A stretch of 64,000 bases of DNA. It comes from Bacteroidales bacterium (GTDB lineage Bacteria; Bacteroidota; Bacteroidia; Bacteroidales; UBA12077). The stretch spans positions 1 to 64,000 of the forward strand of contig JANQHR010000126.1 of the NCBI GenBank assembly GCA_028282585.1, in the 5' to 3' direction. The notes under the pieces are model-generated. The model was not told the origin of the DNA. It did not search any database and saw nothing but the letters and a program-made list of their open reading frames with translations. Shown here in pieces: positions 9,359-19,585 of this stretch; the first letter of the stretch is position 1; each line of letters starts with the position of its first letter. The position numbers and the translations under genes were made by a program.

Positions 9359-9877
9359 ATGGAAGGTTTAACAATTAGAAAAGCAAATAGAAAAGATGTA
9401 TTGAACTTATCTGTACTGAAGAAACAAGTATTTATTAGCACTTACGCGTTAAATGGGATTAACAATGAATTTTCAAATCATATTACAGAAAACCTTTCTG
9501 AAGATATGGTTTTAAAATCTACAGAAGATCAGAATAAATTAATACTACTTGCAGAAAAAGAAGGATTCTTACTTGGATGTGCAGAATTATTTTTGAATAG
9601 TAACTGTAAAGAAACAAGAAATAAAAGCCCCGAATTAAATGTTCTTTATGTATTCGAGCACGTTAAAAATAAAGGAATTGGCTATAAATTAATAACTGAA
9701 TCAGAAAACGTTGTAAAGAAAATGGGTTATCCGGGTATATGGCTTACTGTTTACCATGAAAATATTAATGCAATAAAATTTTATCAAAGGCAATCATACA
9801 AGGACATAGGAACTTTTCAATTTGAAATGAAAGGTAAATTTTACGAAAACAGAATAATGTATAAATCTTTTAATTAG
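9359..9877 (+). CDS. GNAT family N-acetyltransferase
   Basis: LYV...KNKGIGYKL acetyl-CoA motif A; WLTV..EN..AIKFY. Confidence 0.9.
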   Translation: MEGLTIRKANRKDVLNLSVLKKQVFISTYALNGINNEFSNHITENLSEDMVLKSTEDQNKLILLAEKEGFLLGCAELFLNSNCKETRNKSPELNVLYVFEHVKNKGIGYKLITESENVVKKMGYPGIWLTVYHENINAIKFYQRQSYKDIGTFQFEMKGKFYENRIMYKSFN

Positions 9878-11039
9878 AATTTTGATATTTTTTTCTTAAA
9901 ATTAATACAAAAGGAATAGCAAAAAACGCTAACATAGATGAAATTTTATAAGTATCAACAAGTCCGATAAGATCACTGATAATGCCAACAACCAAGTTAG
10001 TTAATGATGCAGATACAAAAGAAATAAACATAAATACTCCACTTAAAAAAGCCTGGTGCTCTGAGTCAAAATCCATTACAAGTGCTAATAATACGGGAGT
10101 AGAAGAAATTATAAAAAATCCAAGAGCTATAAGTATAGGAAACATCAATGCTCCTTCTGAATAAGTGAATCCGAGCATTAGAAAAGGAGATATCAATATA
10201 ATAAAGGTTAACATTCTTAATCTGCCAATTTTGTCGGAAAAAGTACCTGCGAGGTAGGCTCCAATGGCTCCTGCAAATTCAAATACCGAAAGGGATGCCC
10301 CTCCTAGCCATAACGAACCACCTTTTTCGTCTAGGTATGTAGGCAGAAAGCTTGTTATGGACGTTTTCATAAAAGCTCTAAAAAACATGATACCTGCAAT
10401 TAAAATAAAAAATGGAAGATGCTCTTTAAACGTTTGCTTTATTCCGGCATAGGATTTTTTATCCTTAATGTCTTTTGAAATGCTTATATTTCTTAACCTG
10501 AAATAAAGAATTAGAGAAGCTAATAAACCAAATGGTATTAACTTAAAGGTTCCTTCAAGTCCCCAAACATCAACTGCAGCAACTATAATTAGAGGACCTA
10601 CGGTCCTTGCAGCTTCTCCTCCTAACATATAAAAGCTCATGCCTTTTCCGATTCTATCACCTGAAATCTTTTTAATTAGAACAGGTGTGGGAACATGAAA
10701 AATAGCACTGCTTAATCCTACAACAAACAAAAGAATTATTAAAATGATATAAAACGGTGAAATACCAAGTAAACTCATGCAGATGGTGGTAATTGCTGGT
10801 GCAAGGATTACCAGATATCTTATTTTTAAGTTATCAGCAATTATTCCAATAAAAGGATTAAGCAGGTTTGGAATTTGTTGAGCTACAAAAAGCAAGCTGA
10901 CAAGAGTATTATTTATACCAAGTTTGGATTTTAACAAAGGAACAATGGGCGCAAGAAATGCAGTGTAAGTATCATGAACAAAATGTGCAATAGAAATAAA
11001 TATAACATTGTTTGTTTGAAACTTTCCGCTTTTTTGCAT
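9870..11039 (-). CDS. MFS transporter (Fsr-like)
   Basis: About 12 hydrophobic segments; AHFVHDTY, AIFHVP, SDKIGR motifs. Confidence 0.88.
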   Translation of the reverse strand: MQKSGKFQTNNVIFISIAHFVHDTYTAFLAPIVPLLKSKLGINNTLVSLLFVAQQIPNLLNPFIGIIADNLKIRYLVILAPAITTICMSLLGISPFYIILIILLFVVGLSSAIFHVPTPVLIKKISGDRIGKGMSFYMLGGEAARTVGPLIIVAAVDVWGLEGTFKLIPFGLLASLILYFRLRNISISKDIKDKKSYAGIKQTFKEHLPFFILIAGIMFFRAFMKTSITSFLPTYLDEKGGSLWLGGASLSVFEFAGAIGAYLAGTFSDKIGRLRMLTFIILISPFLMLGFTYSEGALMFPILIALGFFIISSTPVLLALVMDFDSEHQAFLSGVFMFISFVSASLTNLVVGIISDLIGLVDTYKISSMLAFFAIPFVLILRKKYQNSN

Positions 11040-11074
11040 ATGGTTAGATGTTTTTTATTTTAAAAAGTTTAAAT

Positions 11075-11098
11075 AAAAAACCGGGCTTAACCCGGTTT
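11075..11098 (-). terminator. Rho-independent terminator after punA
   Basis: Minus strand aaaccggg-ttaag-cccggtttttt. Confidence 0.75.
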
Positions 11099-11101
11099 AA
11101 A

Positions 11102-11911
11102 TTATAATTGAGAAATTAATTCTTTCATTATGAGTGTCATCTTCGTTTCAGCTTTAGCTGCAACCTTTTGGACTTCTTCATGTGTTATTTCAACAATTTT
11201 TCCTGGTACTCCCAGATCTGTAATTATTGAAATAGCAAAGCATGGAATCCCCATTTGCCTTGCAACGATAACTTCTGGGGTTGTTGACATTCCCACCGTA
11301 TCACCTCCAATTACTCTGAAATATTCGTATTCTTTTGGAGTTTCAAATGTTGGACCTGTAGTTGCAACATAACACCCAACCTGAGTTTTAATATGGTTCT
11401 TTTTAGCTATTTCCTGTGCTCTTGCGATTAATATTTTGTCATAAGGTTCGCTCATATCCGGGAAACGTGCTCCAAAATTATTATCGTGAACACCAATTAG
11501 CGGATTTGGAATCAAATTTATGTGATCATTTATAATCATCAAATCACCAATTTCGAAATCTGGATTTACTCCTCCACTTGCATTGGAAACCAATAAATTT
11601 TTAATTCCAAGGTATTTCATTACTCGAACAGGAAAGGTAACTTCCATCATGGTATACCCCTCATAATAATGAAAACGCCCTTGCATGGCTACAATATTTT
11701 TTCCTCCTAATTCGCCAAAGATTAGCCTTCCATGGTGCCCTTCAACAGTTGATACCGGGAAATTTGGAATTTCTTCGTAATCTAAGGTATGTTGTATTTT
11801 AATTTCGTTTACTAAACCTCCTAAACCAGTACCTAAAATAATGCCTACTTCCGGTGCAAAATCAAATTTATCCTGGATAAAGGAAACGGTTTGCCTAGTT
11901 TTTTCTAACAT
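11102..11911 (-). CDS. punA: Purine-nucleoside phosphorylase (family 2)
   Basis: ILGTGLG, STVEGHHG, QGRFHYYEG, GPTFET, VGMST. Confidence 0.95.
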   Translation of the reverse strand: MLEKTRQTVSFIQDKFDFAPEVGIILGTGLGGLVNEIKIQHTLDYEEIPNFPVSTVEGHHGRLIFGELGGKNIVAMQGRFHYYEGYTMMEVTFPVRVMKYLGIKNLLVSNASGGVNPDFEIGDLMIINDHINLIPNPLIGVHDNNFGARFPDMSEPYDKILIARAQEIAKKNHIKTQVGCYVATTGPTFETPKEYEYFRVIGGDTVGMSTTPEVIVARQMGIPCFAISIITDLGVPGKIVEITHEEVQKVAAKAETKMTLIMKELISQL

Positions 11912-12968
11912 ATTCGATGATTTGTTGATTAAAATTCTTCTCTTGGTTGTTTAAAAATTCAACTTGTATTGGAATATAGAAAAATGAATTTCCCAGATCG
12001 TTAGCAATATTACTAAATTTTTGCAAACGCATCGCATCTTTTTCGGTAGTAATAATGATTTTGTTATTCGTTTCAACAGAATTATATTTTTCTATAATAG
12101 ACTGAAAATTAGATTTTTTAAACTCGTAATGGTCTGAATATTCTAAAAGTTGTATTTTTTTAGAAATATTTTCTATAACGTATTGTTTCAAAGGCTTTGG
12201 ATTGGCAATTCCTGTTACCAATAAAATTACATAATCTTTTATTTCTTGAGCAGTTATGGCCTTTTTTGTATTAAAAACCGACCTTAAACTTCCATAATTA
12301 AAAGTTGTAAAAAATACCTTTTGGCAGGAAGCTGGTTTTATCTTTTTTAAGATTTTGTTTTGGTGTCCAACGCTTAAATTTTTCGGAGACTTGGTTACCA
12401 GTATAATGTTAGCCCTTCTCTTTTCTAACTTGTTATCGCGAAGGTTTCCCAAAGGAAGCATGAAATCTTTATAGATAGGCCTTGAATAATCAATCAGTAA
12501 AATTGATAACCCGGGGTTAATTTTTCTATGCTGAAATGCATCATCTAATAAAATTGCCCCTGTTTTAGGGTTTAATTCAATGAGTTGATTAATTCCATTA
12601 GACCTATCAGCATCAACTGCAACATTTATTTCTGGGAATTTCTGTTTTACCTGGCGAGGTTCATCCCCAATTTCCTGAACTGTAGATTCTTTTGTTGATA
12701 AGACAAAACCTTCAGTTTTTCTTTTATAACCTCTACTTAGAGTAGCTACTTTAAATTCACTCTTTAATAAATTTATTAGATACTCTATATGAGGGGTTTT
12801 TCCTGTTCCTCCAACCGTAATATTTCCAACCGAAATAAGTGGGACATCAAATTTATTTGATTTGAAAATCCCAAAATCGTATAAACGATTTCTAGTAAAT
12901 ACAACAAAACTATAAATTAAACTTATTGGCAGTAAAATTGGAGAAAGTATGATTCTTAGAAATCGCAT
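11895..12968 (-). CDS. lpxK: Tetraacyldisaccharide 4'-kinase
   Basis: SVGNITVGGTGKTP, LSRGYKR, GDEP, LDDAFQHR, TTEKD; start refined to ATG 12968 (track start 13016 overlaps nadB). Confidence 0.95.
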   Translation of the reverse strand: MRFLRIILSPILLPISLIYSFVVFTRNRLYDFGIFKSNKFDVPLISVGNITVGGTGKTPHIEYLINLLKSEFKVATLSRGYKRKTEGFVLSTKESTVQEIGDEPRQVKQKFPEINVAVDADRSNGINQLIELNPKTGAILLDDAFQHRKINPGLSILLIDYSRPIYKDFMLPLGNLRDNKLEKRRANIILVTKSPKNLSVGHQNKILKKIKPASCQKVFFTTFNYGSLRSVFNTKKAITAQEIKDYVILLVTGIANPKPLKQYVIENISKKIQLLEYSDHYEFKKSNFQSIIEKYNSVETNNKIIITTEKDAMRLQKFSNIANDLGNSFFYIPIQVEFLNNQEKNFNQQIIEYVRKN

Positions 12969-12978
12969 AAGTCCATTA

Positions 12979-14559
12979 TTAAAATTCAGAAATTGTTCCT
13001 TTTTTAGGATAGTCAATTGTATAATGTAAGCCCCTGCTTTCCCTCATATCCTTAGCCATTCTGATTATTAAATACCCTACATTTATTAAGTTTCTTAACT
13101 CACACAGTTTTTGCGAAAGTATCGACTTTTCGTAAAGTTCTTCGGTTTCTTTATAAATTATTTCCAGGCGCCTTAATGCTCTTTCTAATCGTAGGTTTGA
13201 CCTAACAATACCGACATAATTACTCATGATTTGCTGAACTTCCTTATAATTCTGAGTAATCATAACCATTTCTTCAGTATAAGTAGCTCCTTGTGTATCC
13301 CATTCTGGAATATTTTTGTTAATTTCAATATTATTAATTTTTGAAATGGCATGTTTTGCTACTCTATCTGCGTAAACTACTGCTTCTGATAACGAATTAG
13401 AAGCTAATCGATTTGCACCGTGCAGTCCAGTTGAAGAAACTTCACCGGCAGCATAGAGTCGGTTAATTGTACTACATCCATTTTTATCTACTTTAATACC
13501 ACCGCACATATAATGTGCAGCCGGAATAACCGGAATAGGATTTTTTGTGATATCAATGTTTAACGATAGACATTTTTTATAAATATTGGGAAAATGTTCT
13601 TTTAGTTTTTCAGAATCTAGATGTGTTGCATCCAATAAAACATAATCACTACCGGAAATTTTCATTTCATGATCAATTGCACGGGCAACGATATCACGAG
13701 GAGCCAGACTTTCACGTTTATCATACTTATGCATAAACTCTTTGCCATCAAATGTTTTAAGAATAGCACCAAAACCGCGTAATGCTTCTGTAATTAAAAA
13801 GGATGGTTTAGCTCCTGGATTATATAGTGAAGTAGGATGAAATTGAATAAATTCCATATTTTCAATAATTCCTTTTGCCCTATAAACCATTGCTACACCG
13901 TCACCTGTTGCAATTTTTGGATTTGTGGTTGTATCATAAAGATTACCTGTTCCACCTGTTGCAATAAGAGTTACTTTTGATAAGTATTTATCAACCTGGT
14001 CTGTTTTTAAATTTAAAACATAGGCTCCGTAACATTCGGTATCGATATGGCTTCGTTTTACGAGTTTTCCTAAATGGTGCTGAGTAATAATATCAACGGC
14101 AAAATGGTTTTCTTGTAATTCAATATTTTTATGAGTTTTAACCCTATTAACCAAAGAGTTTTGTATTTCCTCACCTGTTTTGTCTTTATGGTGTAATACT
14201 CGATATTCTGAATGTCCACCTTCTCTTCCCAAATCATACTTTCCTTTTTCATTTTGATCAAACTTTACTCCCCATTCAATGAGTTGCTTTATTTGAGCGG
14301 GAGCTTCTCGAACCACCATTTCAACTATTTCTCGGTTACATAAGCCGTCTCCGGCACTCATGGTATCCTCCACGTGTTTTTCATAATTGTCTGGTTCATA
14401 AGTAACTGCAGCAATTCCACCTTGGGCATATTTTGTATTTGATTCTTCCAAAGTAGTTTTACTTACAAGAATTACTTTGCCATACTCTACTACTTTAAGC
14501 GCAAAACTTAGGCCTGCTATTCCAGAGCCAATAACCAAAAAATCGGTTTCTTTGATCAT
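12979..14559 (-). CDS. nadB: L-aspartate oxidase
   Basis: GSGIAGL FAD motif, YAQGGIAA, QFHPT, AAHYMCGG, GLHGANRLASNSL. Confidence 0.97.
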   Translation of the reverse strand: MIKETDFLVIGSGIAGLSFALKVVEYGKVILVSKTTLEESNTKYAQGGIAAVTYEPDNYEKHVEDTMSAGDGLCNREIVEMVVREAPAQIKQLIEWGVKFDQNEKGKYDLGREGGHSEYRVLHHKDKTGEEIQNSLVNRVKTHKNIELQENHFAVDIITQHHLGKLVKRSHIDTECYGAYVLNLKTDQVDKYLSKVTLIATGGTGNLYDTTTNPKIATGDGVAMVYRAKGIIENMEFIQFHPTSLYNPGAKPSFLITEALRGFGAILKTFDGKEFMHKYDKRESLAPRDIVARAIDHEMKISGSDYVLLDATHLDSEKLKEHFPNIYKKCLSLNIDITKNPIPVIPAAHYMCGGIKVDKNGCSTINRLYAAGEVSSTGLHGANRLASNSLSEAVVYADRVAKHAISKINNIEINKNIPEWDTQGATYTEEMVMITQNYKEVQQIMSNYVGIVRSNLRLERALRRLEIIYKETEELYEKSILSQKLCELRNLINVGYLIIRMAKDMRESRGLHYTIDYPKKGTISEF

Positions 14560-14595
14560 CGAATGAGGTTTTTAGTGTAAATATTTGATAATAAA

Positions 14596-14702
14596 CAAAA
14601 GTAGAAATTGTTAATAAAAAAATATAATTATTCCGGGTATTATAGGACATGAAGGTATAAATTAATAATGTTATGATTTAAAAACTATTTCAATTATTTT
14701 TG
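14596..14702. promoter_or_regulatory. Divergent -7 promoter elements for nadB (minus, 14596-14603) and glyS (plus, 14695-14702)
   Basis: TACTTTTG on minus and TATTTTTG on plus. Confidence 0.5.
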
Positions 14703-14738
14703 TCAGATTAATTTCAAAAGAAAAAAACATTTCAGAAT

Positions 14739-16292
14739 ATGGCTCAAGATGATCAATTTAAGAAGCTTATTGCGCATGCGAAAGAATATGGTTATATCTT
14801 TCAGTCAAGCGAAATTTATGATGGTTTAAGTGCGGTTTATGATTACGGACAATATGGTGTTGAATTAAAAAACAACATCAAAAAATACTGGTGGGATGCC
14901 ATGGTCAAAATGCATGAGAATATTGTTGGAATTGATGCTGCAATTTTTATGCATCCTCTGGTTTGGAAAGCTTCGGGTCATGTTGATGCATTTAATGACC
15001 CACTAATTGACAATAAAGATTCAAAGAAAAGGTACAGGGCTGATGTATTAATTGAAGATCATTTGGCCAAGTATGAACAAAAAATTGAAAAGGAAATTAC
15101 AAAAGCAAAAAAACGTTTTGGTGACGATTTCAATGAAAAGCAATTCAGAGAAACCAATCCTAATGTTTTAAGAAATAAGGCAAAAATTGATGATATTCAT
15201 GGAAAGTTTGTACAAGCATTAGAAAATGATAATCTTGATGATATCAAAAATCTAATTGAAGAATGTGAAATAGCATGTCCGGTATCAGGTTCTAAAAATT
15301 GGACAGATGTTCGGCAGTTTAACCTAATGTTTGAAACACAACTAGGTTCTGTTGCTGAGGGAGCAAGTAAAATTTATCTTCGCCCTGAAACTGCTCAGGG
15401 AATTTTTGTAAACTATTTAAATGTTCAGAAAACGGGCAGAATGAAAATTCCATTTGGTATTGCTCAAATAGGTAAAGCTTTTAGAAATGAGATTGTAGCT
15501 CGCCAGTTCATTTTCCGTATGCGAGAGTTTGAGCAAATGGAAATGCAGTTTTTTGTAAAACCAGGAACAGAAATGGAATGGTTTGAGCACTGGAAAGAAG
15601 TAAGGATGAAATGGCATAAAGCTTTGGGATTACCAGAAGAAAAATATCGTTTCCATGCGCATGATAAACTAGCTCATTATGCTAATGCTGCATTTGATAT
15701 TGAGTTTGAGTTTCCGTTTGGATTTAAAGAGTTGGAAGGAATTCATTCAAGAACTGATTTTGACTTAACTCAACACCAAGAGCTTTCAGGTAAAAAATTA
15801 CAGTATTTTGACCCTGAATCAGGAGAAAGTTTTGTTCCTTACGTAGTTGAAACTTCAATTGGTTTAGACAGGACTTTCTTAACTATTTTATCGGCTTGTA
15901 TTCAGGATGAAGAGGTGAAGAAAGAAAATGGAGAATCAGATACTCGCATTGTTTTTAAGATTCCTCCTGCACTTGCTCCAATAAAATTAGCAGTGCTTCC
16001 GTTAGTTAAAAAAGACGGATTACCCGAAAAAGCAAGAGAAATTATTGATAGTTTAAAATTTGATTTCACATGCCAATTCGATGAAAAAGATTCAATCGGT
16101 CGCCGTTACCGTCGACAGGATGCCATAGGAACACCATACTGTATTACCATTGATCATCAAACATTGGAGGATGATACAGTTACAATTCGTGACCGGGATA
16201 CAATGGAACAGGAAAGAGTCCAAATTTCAGAACTGGCTCAAATTGTTGAAGATAAGGTGAGCATGAAGAAATTACTTAAAAAAATATTTTAA
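14739..16292 (+). CDS. glyS: Glycine--tRNA ligase (alpha2, single subunit)
   Basis: YLRPETAQGIF, FRNEI, RMREFEQME, SIGRRYRRQDAIGTP. Confidence 0.96.
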   Translation: MAQDDQFKKLIAHAKEYGYIFQSSEIYDGLSAVYDYGQYGVELKNNIKKYWWDAMVKMHENIVGIDAAIFMHPLVWKASGHVDAFNDPLIDNKDSKKRYRADVLIEDHLAKYEQKIEKEITKAKKRFGDDFNEKQFRETNPNVLRNKAKIDDIHGKFVQALENDNLDDIKNLIEECEIACPVSGSKNWTDVRQFNLMFETQLGSVAEGASKIYLRPETAQGIFVNYLNVQKTGRMKIPFGIAQIGKAFRNEIVARQFIFRMREFEQMEMQFFVKPGTEMEWFEHWKEVRMKWHKALGLPEEKYRFHAHDKLAHYANAAFDIEFEFPFGFKELEGIHSRTDFDLTQHQELSGKKLQYFDPESGESFVPYVVETSIGLDRTFLTILSACIQDEEVKKENGESDTRIVFKIPPALAPIKLAVLPLVKKDGLPEKAREIIDSLKFDFTCQFDEKDSIGRRYRRQDAIGTPYCITIDHQTLEDDTVTIRDRDTMEQERVQISELAQIVEDKVSMKKLLKKIF

Positions 16293-16302
16293 AGCTTAAA
16301 TT

Positions 16303-18834
16303 ATGAAGTATAAGAGCCAGCTTAAGAAATTAGTTCCTCATGCAGGAATTATAATTGGATTTATTGTAATCAGTTTTATATATTTTTCTCCTGTTATTGA
16401 AGGAAAGAAATTACCGCAAATGGATTATATCCACGCGAAGGGAGCGGCTCAGGAATTAGTAGAGTTCGAAAAAGAGAATCCTGGAGAATCATCTCAGTGG
16501 ACAAATTCTATGTTTGGAGGAATGCCCGCCTATCAAATTAAAGGAGGGAAAGTAAAAAATGTTTTTGTGCATTTACTTCGTTTTCTACGATTAAAGCTAC
16601 CATATACAACGGTTGCAATAATGTTCAATTATTTACTAGGGTTTTATATCCTTCTTTTGTGTTTTAATGTTAATAAATGGATAAGTGCCATTGGAGCATT
16701 AGGATTTGCTTTTGCCTCTTATAACATTATTATAATTGCAGTTGGGCATATTACCAAAGCATATGCCATAGCCTATATGCCACCTATCGTTGGAGGAATT
16801 TACCTGATATATAATAGAAAATATATTATAGGGGCTATAATAGCACTATTGTTTGTTGGTATACAAATAGTTACAACCCACATACAAATAAATTATTACA
16901 CCGCAATGTTTATTGGTGTAATTGTAATAGTTGAGTTTGTACATTCGTATAAAAAGAAGCAATTGCGCCATTTTGTAAAAGCTACAGCAATTATTGTGTT
17001 TTGTGGTGTTTTGGCAGTTATTCCTGAAACAAAAAAACTTTGGACAACTTACGAATATTCTAAATATAGTATACGAGGCGAACAAGTTTTAGAATCGGAA
17101 AAAGAAAACAATAAAGAAGACGGTTTAGAAAAGGATTATGCGCATTCATGGAGTTATGGAAAAATGGAAACATTTACCATCTTAATTCCTGACTTTCATG
17201 GTGGGGCTTCAATTCCATTAAATAAAAACACCAAATTATACGATAAGTTATTAAGCAGTGGAGTTCAGCCAAATGTTGCAGATGCTATCGTCAGAAGCAC
17301 CTACTCTTATTGGGGAGGGCAAGCTCATACTTCTGCGCCAGTTTATTTCGGGAGTATTATTGTATTCTTATTTGTGCTAGGTTTATTTATTATTAAAAAT
17401 AGATACAAATGGTGGGTTCTGTCCGCCACAATTTTGTCGATTGTACTTTCTTGGGGAGGGAATTTTGAACCGATTACGAATTTGTTCTTTAACTATTTCC
17501 CTATTTATAATAAGTTTAGAACATTATCGATGATATTAGTAATTGCAAATGTTACATTTGTTTTACTAGCAGTTATGGCAATAAAAGAAATTTATGATGG
17601 TAATGTAAACAAACAAGATTTTAAAAAATCATTGTTGTATTCATTAGAAATCGTTGGCGGAATACTATTGTTTTTTATTCTTTTTGGGGGATCACTATTT
17701 GACTTTGAAGCAAACTCTGATTTAGGATTAATTAGCCAACTGCAAGCAAATAATTGGCCTGCAAACTTAATAAACACTTACAGGGAAGGAGTGCAGGAAG
17801 AAAGGCTCCTAATGTTAAGAACCGATGCATTAAGGTCCTTAGCTTTTATTCTGATTTCAGCCGGTGTTATTTATTTATTTTTCAATAAAAAATTAAAGTC
17901 AAATTATTTTATTGCCATAATTGGTATTTTAATTCTCATCGATCTTTGGGGAGTTGATAAAAGATATTTGAACAACGATAATTTTATAACTGCCAGAGAG
18001 GAAAAAAATCAGTTTAAATTAACTAAAGCTGATCAGCAAATATTGCAAGAGAATAATAATTATTCTAGAGTTTTAAATCTTAATAGTAACCCGTTTAATG
18101 ATGCATATACTCCATATCATCATCATTCGATAGGCGGATATCATGGTGCAAAACTAAGAAGGTATCAGGATTTAATTGAATACCAAATTACACCATCTAT
18201 TCAAAGTATTGCCAGAACCTTAAATTCACAAGGCGGACAGCAATTAATAAATTTGGCCTTAGAGAAGCAGAATGTGCTAAATATGCTTAATACAAAATAT
18301 ATCATTTTATCAGATGATCTTGTATTAACAAACCATTTTGCCTTTGGGAATGCATGGTTAGCAAACGATTATATTATAACCAATAGCTCTGATGAGGAGA
18401 TGAATAAAATTTCACAAGTAGATTTATCTAAAACTACGGTTGTTCATAAAGAATTTGAAAGCTTATTGGCCGGTATTAACCAAGGAGACTCGATTAAAGG
18501 AGAAATAAAATTACAATCTTATAAGCCAAATCATTTAATTTATGATGTGAATTCATTTGAAAAAAGCTTGGCTGTTTTTTCTGAAATTTATTATCCAAAA
18601 GGTTGGAAAGCTTTTATTGATGGAAAAGAAACTGACCATTTCCGTGTTAACTATATTTTAAGAGCAATGATAATTCCTGAAGGTAAGCATAGAGTTGAGT
18701 TTAAGTTTGAGCCAAAATCATATATTATTGGCGGTAGAATTTCAGTAATAAGTTCTATAGTTGTTGTATTATTATTGATAATAGGTGCTTTTGCCTTAGT
18801 TAAAAAGCCTAATGAAGTTTTAGAAGAAAATTAA
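16303..18834 (+). CDS. YfhO family multi-TM membrane protein (putative GT-C glycosyltransferase)
   Basis: WTNSMFGGMPAY, GGYHGAKL, FSEIYYPKGW...NYILRA motifs; many TM segments. Confidence 0.88.
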   Translation: MKYKSQLKKLVPHAGIIIGFIVISFIYFSPVIEGKKLPQMDYIHAKGAAQELVEFEKENPGESSQWTNSMFGGMPAYQIKGGKVKNVFVHLLRFLRLKLPYTTVAIMFNYLLGFYILLLCFNVNKWISAIGALGFAFASYNIIIIAVGHITKAYAIAYMPPIVGGIYLIYNRKYIIGAIIALLFVGIQIVTTHIQINYYTAMFIGVIVIVEFVHSYKKKQLRHFVKATAIIVFCGVLAVIPETKKLWTTYEYSKYSIRGEQVLESEKENNKEDGLEKDYAHSWSYGKMETFTILIPDFHGGASIPLNKNTKLYDKLLSSGVQPNVADAIVRSTYSYWGGQAHTSAPVYFGSIIVFLFVLGLFIIKNRYKWWVLSATILSIVLSWGGNFEPITNLFFNYFPIYNKFRTLSMILVIANVTFVLLAVMAIKEIYDGNVNKQDFKKSLLYSLEIVGGILLFFILFGGSLFDFEANSDLGLISQLQANNWPANLINTYREGVQEERLLMLRTDALRSLAFILISAGVIYLFFNKKLKSNYFIAIIGILILIDLWGVDKRYLNNDNFITAREEKNQFKLTKADQQILQENNNYSRVLNLNSNPFNDAYTPYHHHSIGGYHGAKLRRYQDLIEYQITPSIQSIARTLNSQGGQQLINLALEKQNVLNMLNTKYIILSDDLVLTNHFAFGNAWLANDYIITNSSDEEMNKISQVDLSKTTVVHKEFESLLAGINQGDSIKGEIKLQSYKPNHLIYDVNSFEKSLAVFSEIYYPKGWKAFIDGKETDHFRVNYILRAMIIPEGKHRVEFKFEPKSYIIGGRISVISSIVVVLLLIIGAFALVKKPNEVLEEN

Positions 18835-18837
18835 ATA

Positions 18838-19581
18838 TTATATTTTTTTAGTTATTAAGTAACCAAAAAATCTTGGAATAAGTAATAGGTTTTGCATTAT
18901 GGCAGAAAATAAACCATAATGCTTTTTCATTATTAAGAAACGTTCTTTTAACCCTTTATAAACTGTGTTAGAAGTTTGCCCCCCTTCCATAAATTTCGAA
19001 ATTATTTGACCTGTGTTATATATTTTTTTGGTGTTTTTAACGGATTTAATTACCCAATCAAAATCAGAGGAAAATTTATAGTCTGTATTGAAGTTAGGAG
19101 CAATACTCTTTCTAATTATGAATGATTGATGGCAAACTAGCATGCCCTTTTTAAGGCTATTTAGAGTTAGCGTTTTAGGTGGGCGCAATCGTCTCAAACC
19201 AAGGCTTTCATTATTCTCGTTAATAATAATTGTATCCCCATATAAAATGTCAGCATTTATGTTTTTATGAATTATTTCTAAAGTTCTGTTATTATACAAT
19301 TTGTCTCCCGAATTAATAAACAATAAGAAATCCCCTTTGGCAATTTGCAGCCCCTTATTCATAGCATCATAAAGACCGTTATCAGGTTCACTTAACCAAT
19401 ATGAAACTTTGTCATCATACTTTTTAATGATATCAATGGTTCTATCTGTAGATCCTCCATCAACAATGATGTATTCAAAGTGCTTAAATGACTGATTTAA
19501 TATACTTTGTATTGTAGCTTCTATAAATCTTTCACTATTGTAAACTACAGTAATAATTGATATTTTAGGGCTTTGAGGCAT
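18838..19581 (-). CDS. Glycosyltransferase family 2 (WcaE-like)
   Basis: ISIITVVYN, VDGGSTD, GLYDAMNKG, NSGD. Confidence 0.92.
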   Translation of the reverse strand: MPQSPKISIITVVYNSERFIEATIQSILNQSFKHFEYIIVDGGSTDRTIDIIKKYDDKVSYWLSEPDNGLYDAMNKGLQIAKGDFLLFINSGDKLYNNRTLEIIHKNINADILYGDTIIINENNESLGLRRLRPPKTLTLNSLKKGMLVCHQSFIIRKSIAPNFNTDYKFSSDFDWVIKSVKNTKKIYNTGQIISKFMEGGQTSNTVYKGLKERFLIMKKHYGLFSAIMQNLLLIPRFFGYLITKKI

Positions 19582-19585
19582 TTGT